64,000 bases of DNA from a bacterium (GTDB taxonomy: Bacteria > Zixibacteria > MSB-5A5 > GN15 > FEB-12): positions 32,001 to 96,000 of the forward strand of contig JBDRNJ010000009.1 of assembly GCA_043811375.1 (NCBI GenBank), read 5' to 3'. Numbering within the stretch: the stretch's first letter is position 1; each line of letters opens with the position of its first letter. The notes below the pieces were generated by a model. It did not search any database. It was not told where the DNA came from and saw only the letters and a list, made by a program, of their open reading frames with translations. The position numbers were made by a program, and so were the translations under genes. This document shows positions 10,620 through 18,991 of the stretch, piece after piece.

Positions 10620-13600
10620 ATGAAGCGTGTTGGCATCGCTTTGTTGACCCTGGCTGTCATTCTGGTCGTGACAGCCGATAATGCCCGGTCCCGCGGAAAG
10701 ACGGACCGGCCGTATGACCAGGTCTTTGAGAGAATCTTCCCCTCGCTAAGCACCGGCGTTGATACAATCATTGACCCGATTGTCAACTGGCCGACGTTTC
10801 ACGGAGTTCAGCAGACCGGAGAGATTGACGCCTTTTTCAATTGCTACGGTCAGTTCGGGCTCGGTTTTGATCCATCGCCACAACAAGACGTTCCCGGCTG
10901 GCCAGTAGCCAGCTTCGAATCGCCACCGGGGACCGGAATCGAATACCTCTTTGGCGGAGCTATCTGGGTGGGCGGTATAGTTGGTCCGGATACGCTGGTC
11001 TCGGTCGGCGCCGATGGCTGGTCCATGGCGATGGAAATGTTCCCGCCCGAAGTTCCCCAGCGAGGCTCAGTGACGAAGTTTGATTACGTCGCTGACTATT
11101 CGATGCGAGCGGAGTTCTATGACACGACAACGCAATGGATTTCTCCGGACTACTTCGGCCAACCGCACATCCCCCTCAATATTCGGATGGTCAACCGCAG
11201 CCATGCCTGGCGTTCCACCACTGAGAGCTGGACCGTCTTGTACGACCTGGTGATTACTAACATCGGCAGTCAGCCGATCAACGAGGGGTATGTCGGCTTA
11301 TACTTCGATGCCGACGTTCTTTCAATTAGCAACCCTGGAGGTTTCACCGATGATATCACCGGCTCCATCCGCAACCTGGGAATTGGCTACATCATCGACA
11401 ATGACGGCGATCTGACTAACTCACCACCGTCCAAGCCATGTCCCAGGATCTTTGCCTTCGGGCTTCAACAGATGTCCTTCCTGTCTACGGACACGAGCTT
11501 TAACTGGTGGGTCAGTAACGGCAACTCTGCTCTGGATTTCGGTCCCCGGGAGCGGCCATATATGGGTGACTGGAAAGAACCGTTCCGCGATTATCAAACG
11601 GGGGGTATCGGTACACCGGAAGGTGACAAAAACAAATACTACATCATGAAGTGCCGCGAGTGGGATTATGACCAAATCTATACGGCCGTGATTGATTCCA
11701 CCGACACCCTCTGGATGTACCCCAACCAGGATCTGGCACCCACCCTGGCCGATGGCATCGATGCCCGTTTCCTGATGTCGGTCGGTCCCTTCGATCTGCT
11801 TCCCGATTCGAGTGTACGCGTTCTGTACGCAACCTTCACAGGGGATTCCGTTCACACCGACCCCACTAATCTGGGTAATCTCCCCTCGGATCCGGACTCG
11901 TATCTGGCCAATCTGGATTTTTTACATCTGCTGGAGAACGCTGCCATCTCAGACAGTCTGAACGGAACACTGCTTGATCCTTTGCTACCGGTAACCGGTC
12001 TGCAGATTGAGTACAAGGATAATGATTCGGTTGTCGTACGCTGGGACCCCTGGGTCTTCGCGGACGTGGAGGGATACGAGATCTATCTATACGAGGTGTC
12101 TCCGGATTCATTCCCCTACCCCGGAGTTGTACCACCGTGGCTGGAGCCGGATGTACTGAATCCGGTGGCCAGCTTGGGACGAAGCCACCAGTACACATTC
12201 GACACTCTCAGTTCGGGCATGTTTTATCTGGTTAATGTCGCCCACCGCACCACCACCAGGGCAGTCGGTGATCCGGGAGAATCATTGCCAACGTGGTTGG
12301 GTGATCGTTCGGAAGCTCCGGTGGTTGACAAGGAGTTCGTTTTCATGTATGGGAGCGACCCGGCGATACTGCAGTGGGCGGTCCCTGCCAAAACGCTGGT
12401 CGATCACTACAACATCTATCGCTTCCCAAGTGACTCCGCCGCCGCAGTCAAGTTCCATGCCTTCTACGATGAGGGATTCCATGCTCAGACGATGCCACCC
12501 AAAGATACCTTCCTGGTTGATGGCCGGCATTACTACTACTACGCTATGGATGTGTACACCCAGGTTCCTAGCAGTGTCACCAGTTTCACCGACTTCAGCG
12601 CCGGCGATGAGATGGTGTACGTTATTACAGCGGTGGACAATGACGGTTTCGAATCCCACTTCTCGGTCGACATCACTGCCCTGCAGATCGAGCCACGGAC
12701 AAAAGACATCCTAGTAGTCACCAACAGCAAGGCAAGCGGTATCCAGTTCACGGTCCAGGATAGCGTGCATGCTTTTTACGACAGCATCCTCTACGGGTAT
12801 GATTACGATATCTACAGCTACGATGACTCCACACCACCGGCCGACTGGCATGATTTCATGCCCTATCGGTTACTTGTTGTCGACGACCGAATAAACGCCC
12901 TGGATTTCGCTTATTACGAGTACGAGGGGAAAACCGGAGGCCTCACCAAGTACTTGCTCTCCGGAGGTGAACTGGCTTATTTTGGTTCACTCCGCCAGTT
13001 TCAGGGTTTCAATCTGGGTGGTGATACGGCTTATTACAATGTTACTTCCCCATTTGTGACCCGCTTTTTCGGAATAGATACTATCTTCTATGTCGGACCG
13101 AGCTTCTTCCACTTCAACGGGCTGCCGATGGTAGACACTTTTTTTGCGTTCTCACGGGCCGAGGCGACCGCATCCATGCCGGATGTCAGCTACGACACCA
13201 GTCGTTATACTTTCACTTCCACTGCTGCCTCGCTGTGGCCGCCGGGTACACCGCTGTCGGTGTCGACCTTCGGTGTAAACGCCGAGGGCGAAACCACTCA
13301 CCTGTACCGCGCCCTGCCGGGAGTAAACTCGATGAACGAAGGTGAACCGGTGGGTGTGAGGACACTTGTCGAAGGGATTGAAACCTACCTGTTTGGTTTC
13401 CATCTCTGGTATATGACTTACGATGAGGGCCGGGCACTGATCGAGGCACTCATGATGCCGCCGCCGAAGGTTATAATAGAACCGGACACGGTGTATGCCC
13501 ACCAGATAAACATTATCGATTCACTGACAGCTGACATATACATCGGTGAGTTCAGTGACGGGCATCTTCCCGGCCAGGTTATCCCGGCCAGTGTGCGTGT

Positions 13601-14018
13601 CAACGAAGCGGTCGTACCAATATCGACGACGGTACTGCCTTCATATCCCGACTTCACCGGCGAAGTACTGCAAATAGAGTTCTCCCAGAAAGAATTCCTC
13701 CAGGGATATATACCCTTTATGGACACCTCACTGCGCTCTTTTGCAGTGACGGGAGAGTTCTCCGATGGCGACCCGCTGGAAGCCTACGGCAAGGTAACAC
13801 TGATCGGTCATACATCCGGCGACCTTAACGGCGACGGCTCAGTCGATGTCAGCGATCTCGCCTATCTGATAGGCTATCTGTTCGGTGATGGACCACCGCC
13901 AGTTGTCGATGGTGCCGCTGATGTTGATGATACCTGTGATGTGAATGTCGGTGATGTCACTTACCTGGTTGCCTACCTGTTTGCGGGCGGACCTCAACCG
14001 GTCTCTTGTTTCTGGTAA
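10620..14018 (+). CDS. Large secreted multi-domain protein with FN3-like segments and C-terminal dockerin-like domain
   Basis: GGAGG RBS before ATG 10620 (ORF track starts at 10575); signal peptide; C-terminal GDLNGDGSVDVSDL...DVDDTCDVNVGDVTYLVAYLF. Confidence 0.8.
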   Translation: MKRVGIALLTLAVILVVTADNARSRGKTDRPYDQVFERIFPSLSTGVDTIIDPIVNWPTFHGVQQTGEIDAFFNCYGQFGLGFDPSPQQDVPGWPVASFESPPGTGIEYLFGGAIWVGGIVGPDTLVSVGADGWSMAMEMFPPEVPQRGSVTKFDYVADYSMRAEFYDTTTQWISPDYFGQPHIPLNIRMVNRSHAWRSTTESWTVLYDLVITNIGSQPINEGYVGLYFDADVLSISNPGGFTDDITGSIRNLGIGYIIDNDGDLTNSPPSKPCPRIFAFGLQQMSFLSTDTSFNWWVSNGNSALDFGPRERPYMGDWKEPFRDYQTGGIGTPEGDKNKYYIMKCREWDYDQIYTAVIDSTDTLWMYPNQDLAPTLADGIDARFLMSVGPFDLLPDSSVRVLYATFTGDSVHTDPTNLGNLPSDPDSYLANLDFLHLLENAAISDSLNGTLLDPLLPVTGLQIEYKDNDSVVVRWDPWVFADVEGYEIYLYEVSPDSFPYPGVVPPWLEPDVLNPVASLGRSHQYTFDTLSSGMFYLVNVAHRTTTRAVGDPGESLPTWLGDRSEAPVVDKEFVFMYGSDPAILQWAVPAKTLVDHYNIYRFPSDSAAAVKFHAFYDEGFHAQTMPPKDTFLVDGRHYYYYAMDVYTQVPSSVTSFTDFSAGDEMVYVITAVDNDGFESHFSVDITALQIEPRTKDILVVTNSKASGIQFTVQDSVHAFYDSILYGYDYDIYSYDDSTPPADWHDFMPYRLLVVDDRINALDFAYYEYEGKTGGLTKYLLSGGELAYFGSLRQFQGFNLGGDTAYYNVTSPFVTRFFGIDTIFYVGPSFFHFNGLPMVDTFFAFSRAEATASMPDVSYDTSRYTFTSTAASLWPPGTPLSVSTFGVNAEGETTHLYRALPGVNSMNEGEPVGVRTLVEGIETYLFGFHLWYMTYDEGRALIEALMMPPPKVIIEPDTVYAHQINIIDSLTADIYIGEFSDGHLPGQVIPASVRVNEAVVPISTTVLPSYPDFTGEVLQIEFSQKEFLQGYIPFMDTSLRSFAVTGEFSDGDPLEAYGKVTLIGHTSGDLNGDGSVDVSDLAYLIGYLFGDGPPPVVDGAADVDDTCDVNVGDVTYLVAYLFAGGPQPVSCFW

Positions 14019-14058
14019 CGAATCGGCAGATCAGTATATTGTTCGAGTCAAAGACACT

Positions 14059-14088
14059 GAGCCGCCCCGGTATCCATCGGGGCGGCTC
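14059..14088. terminator. GC-rich hairpin, possible terminator
   Basis: GAGCCGCCCCG / CGGGGCGGCTC 11-bp stem just after the 14018 stop; weak U-tract. Confidence 0.5.
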
Positions 14089-14143
14089 GGTTGGCATTCA
14101 GACACGCCTTTACAACCGCACCGCGACTCATTAACTTCTCGAT

Positions 14144-16015
14144 ATGAGCTACCGGCAAATGTCAACCCTGATAAACCGACACCGTAACTGGCTGATACCC
14201 TTGATACTGTTGGTGGCGGCTTTCGGTGTTCGGCTGATCTACCTCAATCAGATTCAATCGATACCCACATTCGACTCGCCGGTGATGGACGAGCAGTATC
14301 ACCTGCATCTGGCCCGACAGATCAACTCACCACAGGGTCTGGAAGGTGAACCGTATTACCGGGCGCCCCTGTATCCTTATTTTTTTGCTGCCCTGTACAA
14401 AATCTTCAAGGGGTCTCTCTACCATCCACGCTTAGTACAGATTATTCTGGGCTCGTTCCTGCCGCTGCTGGTCCTTCTGCTGGGACTAAAGCTGTTCGAC
14501 CGTCGAGTGGCCTGGTGGTCGTCGGTGGTAGCGGTGTTTTATCCGACATTCATATACTATGACGCCAGCCTCCTGATTACATCGGTAATGGTGCTGCTGA
14601 CGACACTGCTGGCCTGGCAGTTACTTCGCTGCCAACAGACATTCCGGTGGACTGATTTTGTCGTCGCCGGTCTGCTTTTGGGCCTGGCCGGGCTGGCCCG
14701 ACCCAACATCCTGCTGCTGGGTCCGGTGTTGTTGTTGTGGCTGTGGCTGGTTATCAAGCCGGTCATTGGAACCAGAAAAGCGCTACTCAGATACCTGGTA
14801 GTGGGGCTGGTTTCGATGGTTGTAATCCTGCCGGTGACAGTGCGCAACTACACTACTTCGGGCGAATTCGTGTTTATCGCCTGGCAGGGTGGATTCAATT
14901 TCTTCCTGGGCAACAACCGCCAGGCCACCGGCTGGTCGGCGACGGCACCGGGAATCGAGCAAAGCTGGGAAGGCGGTTATCGTCAGGCAATAGCGATTGC
15001 CGAACATGATGCGGGCCGACCCCTGAAGCGTTCGGAAGTATCCGACTACTGGTATAGCCGGGCGTGGGAGGAGATACGTCAGTCTCCGACCTCCTTTCTG
15101 GCCCTGCAGCTCAGGAAGATGCGTCTGCTGATAAACGGCTACGAAATACCCAACAATCAGGACATCTACCTGGCGCGACAGTTTGCCCCGATCATTCGTC
15201 CACTGATATTCACCGGACCGATCTGTTTTCCGTACGGGATTCTGACACCGCTGGCCATCATCGGCCTGGTCCTGTCGCTCGCCGGTTGGCGGAAGTTCCT
15301 GCCCGTCTACCTGGTCGCAGCATCGTACCTGCTGTCACTGCAACTCTTTTTCGTCTGTGCCCGTTTCCGCCAGCCGGTAATTCCACTGATGATCCTGTTT
15401 GCAGTATATGCCGTAACTCGATTGACAGGTTTCATCAGGAAATACGACGGCAAAAACACCGTCCTTTTTGTAGCCGTGCTGGTTTTACTGGTAGTGGAGA
15501 GCAACCATGACATGCTTGGTCTCAACCCGGCCCGTACGATGGCGGAGAATCATATGCTTCTGGGTAATTCGTTGCTGCAGAAACAAATGAACCAGGAAGC
15601 CGAAGAACAATTCCGGCTGGCTAAGGAAGCAGATCCTGATTATGCGCCGGCCTACAATAACCTCGGCATGTTCGCCGCCAATCGCCGTCAGTACGTTCAG
15701 GCTATCGGCTATTTCCAGAAGGCATTGCAGCTTGAACCGACAGCGGTCGAAACTCATGTCAATCTGGCCACCAGTTACTTCGAGAGCGGCCGTCTGCCCG
15801 AAGCCATCAAAACCCTGGAACGTGCCCGGGAATTACATCCACTCAATGATTTTGTGCATCTCAAGCTGGCGACATTTTATTTCCAGGCCGGGCGAATTGC
15901 CGATGCTCGCCGCGCTACTGAGCGCAGCCTGTATATTAATCCTCAGAACAGTAGTGCCCACCAGGTTTATCAACAGATTCTGCAGGCTCAGGCAGTCGAT
16001 ACTACTTCGCAGTAA
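14144..16015 (+). CDS. GT-C (ArnT/PMT-like) glycosyltransferase with C-terminal TPRs
   Basis: Multi-TM protein with DEQYH first-loop motif, PLYPYF, LARPN, ARFRQP; TPR repeats (AYNNLG, THVNLA). Confidence 0.82.
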   Translation: MSYRQMSTLINRHRNWLIPLILLVAAFGVRLIYLNQIQSIPTFDSPVMDEQYHLHLARQINSPQGLEGEPYYRAPLYPYFFAALYKIFKGSLYHPRLVQIILGSFLPLLVLLLGLKLFDRRVAWWSSVVAVFYPTFIYYDASLLITSVMVLLTTLLAWQLLRCQQTFRWTDFVVAGLLLGLAGLARPNILLLGPVLLLWLWLVIKPVIGTRKALLRYLVVGLVSMVVILPVTVRNYTTSGEFVFIAWQGGFNFFLGNNRQATGWSATAPGIEQSWEGGYRQAIAIAEHDAGRPLKRSEVSDYWYSRAWEEIRQSPTSFLALQLRKMRLLINGYEIPNNQDIYLARQFAPIIRPLIFTGPICFPYGILTPLAIIGLVLSLAGWRKFLPVYLVAASYLLSLQLFFVCARFRQPVIPLMILFAVYAVTRLTGFIRKYDGKNTVLFVAVLVLLVVESNHDMLGLNPARTMAENHMLLGNSLLQKQMNQEAEEQFRLAKEADPDYAPAYNNLGMFAANRRQYVQAIGYFQKALQLEPTAVETHVNLATSYFESGRLPEAIKTLERARELHPLNDFVHLKLATFYFQAGRIADARRATERSLYINPQNSSAHQVYQQILQAQAVDTTSQ

Positions 16016-16035
16016 GAGAATTACACTTCCACCGA

Positions 16036-16767
16036 TCACAGCTTGACATAGCACCCATCGCGAAATATGGGGACGGTATCGCTGCTGTTTAACTGCGCTG
16101 CGAAGTCGACATCCCCGGCAAATCCCATTTCACAAAGTTCCTGCCCGCTGTCACATTCTTTCAGGATCGGCAGCAGTTCCTCACGCACGCCTGCGAAGGC
16201 GGCCTGGCATACCCGGGCTTCAGCCGACTTCTCGCACTCCAGGTACGAAAGGATGGCTCCGGCACCGAGGTAATCCTCGACAGCAAAACGGATACCTCCG
16301 CCCGACCCGGCTTCCATCAGCCGCTCACCACACACCACCACGGCACAGGAGCGACCCGCATCAAGGACTTCTGACACCGCAGCTGCAGCAGCTTCGGCAT
16401 TGATCAAAGCACCCACGAGCAAAAAAGGCGCCTTTTTGACCAGTCGGCTGCAGGTGCCTCCATTAACGGCATTCAGAACGACTTTCGTACCCGACGGCAC
16501 CCGGCGAAAGGTCAGTGGTGAAAGAGAATACAACCCCCTCTGCGGCACTTCATCTCGGTGAACCGAGGCCACCCCTCCGACCTGTCGCGCCAACTCGGAG
16601 GAGTCTTCCCCTTCGCCACAGGGATAAACCACCGCTCCCCGGCTGACAGCAGTTATTACAGTTGTGGAGAAACTCAGCGTATCCACAATCACAATTGCCT
16701 CTACTGTCTCCGCAGCCAGTTGCGCTCCACTCGAACCCCAGAATAAATGACATCCGCCGCCGGTCAT
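16036..16767 (-). CDS. comB: 2-phosphosulfolactate phosphatase family protein
   Basis: IVIVDTLSFSTT, SLSP, NGG and AVEDYLGAGAI motifs of the ComB family. Confidence 0.85.
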   Translation of the reverse strand: MTGGGCHLFWGSSGAQLAAETVEAIVIVDTLSFSTTVITAVSRGAVVYPCGEGEDSSELARQVGGVASVHRDEVPQRGLYSLSPLTFRRVPSGTKVVLNAVNGGTCSRLVKKAPFLLVGALINAEAAAAAVSEVLDAGRSCAVVVCGERLMEAGSGGGIRFAVEDYLGAGAILSYLECEKSAEARVCQAAFAGVREELLPILKECDSGQELCEMGFAGDVDFAAQLNSSDTVPIFRDGCYVKL

Positions 16768-16855
16768 GTGCTCCAGAGTCCCTGTTTCATGCTTCGTAAT
16801 TGTACTTTGATAATCATTGCGTTATGTGTGTTACTTAATGGGTTACATAAGAATT

Positions 16856-16982
16856 CCCCCCGGCTGCAGCCGGGGGGCTCCAAACTTGATAGGTAATGTC
16901 TGGAAGTTGTCCGCAGTCACTGTCGCTTTTGGCGACGGGGTCGGGACCCTGTCCCTGTATCCCCATTTGCGGCGCTTCCACT
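16856..16982. ncRNA. Putative structured ncRNA or IS200/IS605-end-like element (unassigned)
   Basis: Nested stems TGGAAG/CTTCCA, CCGCA/TGCGG, GTCGC/GCGAC, GGGAC/GTCCC, GGGG/CCCC; adjacent perfect 22-bp palindrome at 16856-16877; minus-strand promoter directly upstream. Confidence 0.5.
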
Positions 16983-16986
16983 ATTA

Positions 16987-17015
16987 AGTATAAACATTTT
17001 GAGGTATCTTGTCAA
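16987..17015 (-). promoter_or_regulatory. Near-consensus sigma70 promoter
   Basis: TTGACA (17015-17010), 17 nt, TATACT (16992-16987). Confidence 0.75.
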
Positions 17016-17089
17016 GGTAAATCCAGCGATTTTCTGAATACGGTGATGTCAACTCAACCTACCGTGGTTGCTGGTGTAACAAGAGGACT

Positions 17090-18991
17090 TTAGTCGCTGT
17101 CAGCAACATGAAGCTTCACGTAATCCCCGGCAAGGGTGCGAGCTTGACGACAGTGCTGCTTAAAATCACCGAATTGTGCCACAGGCAGTTGATAGGAGTG
17201 GATCTTGGTAATCAACCTGGCTGAGAGATTGTCGGCAGCGATTTCAAAGGAGCGCATGCACGTGCCATGCACGTAGACAGCACTGTCGGTGTTTGGCACT
17301 ACCGCAGAATCGACCACGATACCAGGGTCCCATGTCACAGTAACTTCGTCATACACCGTCCGCGGGTATCCTAAGTCGAGGGGAATCTCCCGGTCCGAGA
17401 GATCAAGTGCCTCTAACCGTGTTTGCCATGAGAATACGAACGGATTAAATCGCAGGGATTGATCCATTTGTCGAACGGGTGAATGTGACAGGGCGCTGAC
17501 ATGGATGGTCACGTTACCGTAGTCATCCCTGGTCGGTGATAAAGACTGTGATGTAATCCGATAGGCACGGGCACCGCCTCTGAAGAGACCTGTAACCCAG
17601 CGCAATCTGTCATCGTGGTCGGCATGCCGAAACCTGGCTACAAGCCAGTGAGCAGAGTTTCCGGTTAATGTCCATTGGGATTCAATGCGGATGCGGTAGT
17701 CAGGCTCGACGTGCACACGTGTATTGCGTCGCCAGGTGTTATTGGTGGCGGTACTGCCTGGAGTCCGGACGATGGCCCCGGCCTGGTCGGTAATCACCAA
17801 AGCATCTATGTCCTCGTCCATCAAGGGCAGATCGCCGAAAGGGCAGTCAAAACATGTGGGGTCCATCCAGATGGTGTCGTTTCCGATAACTGCCATACAG
17901 ATGACATGATTAAACTCCTTAAGAGGGAAATCAACATCAAGACGACCCGCTGACCGAGTAAGCACCAGAACCGGATACGCATCGATTCCGCCCGTGCGCA
18001 GATACGAAATCAGGAGCGTCGTAAGGTCTTTGCAATCACCGTAACCGAGTTCCCGTGTACGGACAGCTTCGTGTGGCTGCCATCCGCCTACACCTTCGTG
18101 AACGGCAATGTAGCGAGTGTTACTGGTGACCATTGAGTACAAGCTGCAAACCAGGGCAGGTTCCTCGACGATGTGGTCATAGATAGTGCTCAAAGTCTCC
18201 GCTGCAAGATATCTGTCATGTGTAAGCTGCCGATACCAGTCGGCGATAGCATTCCAACTCCAGTCGTCACATACGTAACCATCCAGTTCGAACCACTCCG
18301 GTACCAGCACCAGGCGCGCTGGGGCTCTGACTTCAGGCGGGAGGAACTGAGCGCCAGACCGGCGCTGCGCCGGTACATTTTCTGTGATCCATCGATAGAC
18401 AACACGTTTGCCTTTGTGCTCAATATCAGGTTCAACGTCAACGCCATAAGTCTTGTAATGGAAAACGAAGTCGCTGGGACATTCGAGACAGTATTCAACG
18501 TGCCTGGTTGGTACCGCACGTTGCAGGCGAGCGCCAGACCAGAAAAACAGTGTCGATGACTCAGTCTCATATTCGTACTCAATACTGTAAGGGTAACCGG
18601 GTCCCGGTAGCGATATCCAGTATTGACAGTCATCGGTATAGAGAACGTATGATGGTCCATACCCGCAAGCTTTGAGCATGTCCTTCTTCATGCGGGAGTA
18701 TACTTTCTTCCCCTCAGCATCGAAAACCTTTATCCTGACATCCTTCAATCGCTGGTAGCTATCCTCCCAGGCTACAACCGAGGCATAGTCATCGCCCCTG
18801 GGGTTCACGATTGTCAAGTGCGCCTTCGTCCTTAATTTATACCGACCGTCTTTGATGGAACAATCCCATGTGCAGTAATTGTAATAGGCACCCAGCGAAT
18901 CATGAATATCCGCTTTATCAGGCTCAACTGCACCGGCGCTGAGAGATAACAGAACGAGAGCACTGAGGGTAAGTGCCGGGAACATGATCAT
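17090..18991 (-). CDS. DUF3857 + transglutaminase-like domain protein (catalytic triad intact)
   Basis: Signal peptide; YGDCKD, FNHVI and WMDPT motifs. Confidence 0.85.
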   Translation of the reverse strand: MIMFPALTLSALVLLSLSAGAVEPDKADIHDSLGAYYNYCTWDCSIKDGRYKLRTKAHLTIVNPRGDDYASVVAWEDSYQRLKDVRIKVFDAEGKKVYSRMKKDMLKACGYGPSYVLYTDDCQYWISLPGPGYPYSIEYEYETESSTLFFWSGARLQRAVPTRHVEYCLECPSDFVFHYKTYGVDVEPDIEHKGKRVVYRWITENVPAQRRSGAQFLPPEVRAPARLVLVPEWFELDGYVCDDWSWNAIADWYRQLTHDRYLAAETLSTIYDHIVEEPALVCSLYSMVTSNTRYIAVHEGVGGWQPHEAVRTRELGYGDCKDLTTLLISYLRTGGIDAYPVLVLTRSAGRLDVDFPLKEFNHVICMAVIGNDTIWMDPTCFDCPFGDLPLMDEDIDALVITDQAGAIVRTPGSTATNNTWRRNTRVHVEPDYRIRIESQWTLTGNSAHWLVARFRHADHDDRLRWVTGLFRGGARAYRITSQSLSPTRDDYGNVTIHVSALSHSPVRQMDQSLRFNPFVFSWQTRLEALDLSDREIPLDLGYPRTVYDEVTVTWDPGIVVDSAVVPNTDSAVYVHGTCMRSFEIAADNLSARLITKIHSYQLPVAQFGDFKQHCRQARTLAGDYVKLHVADSD

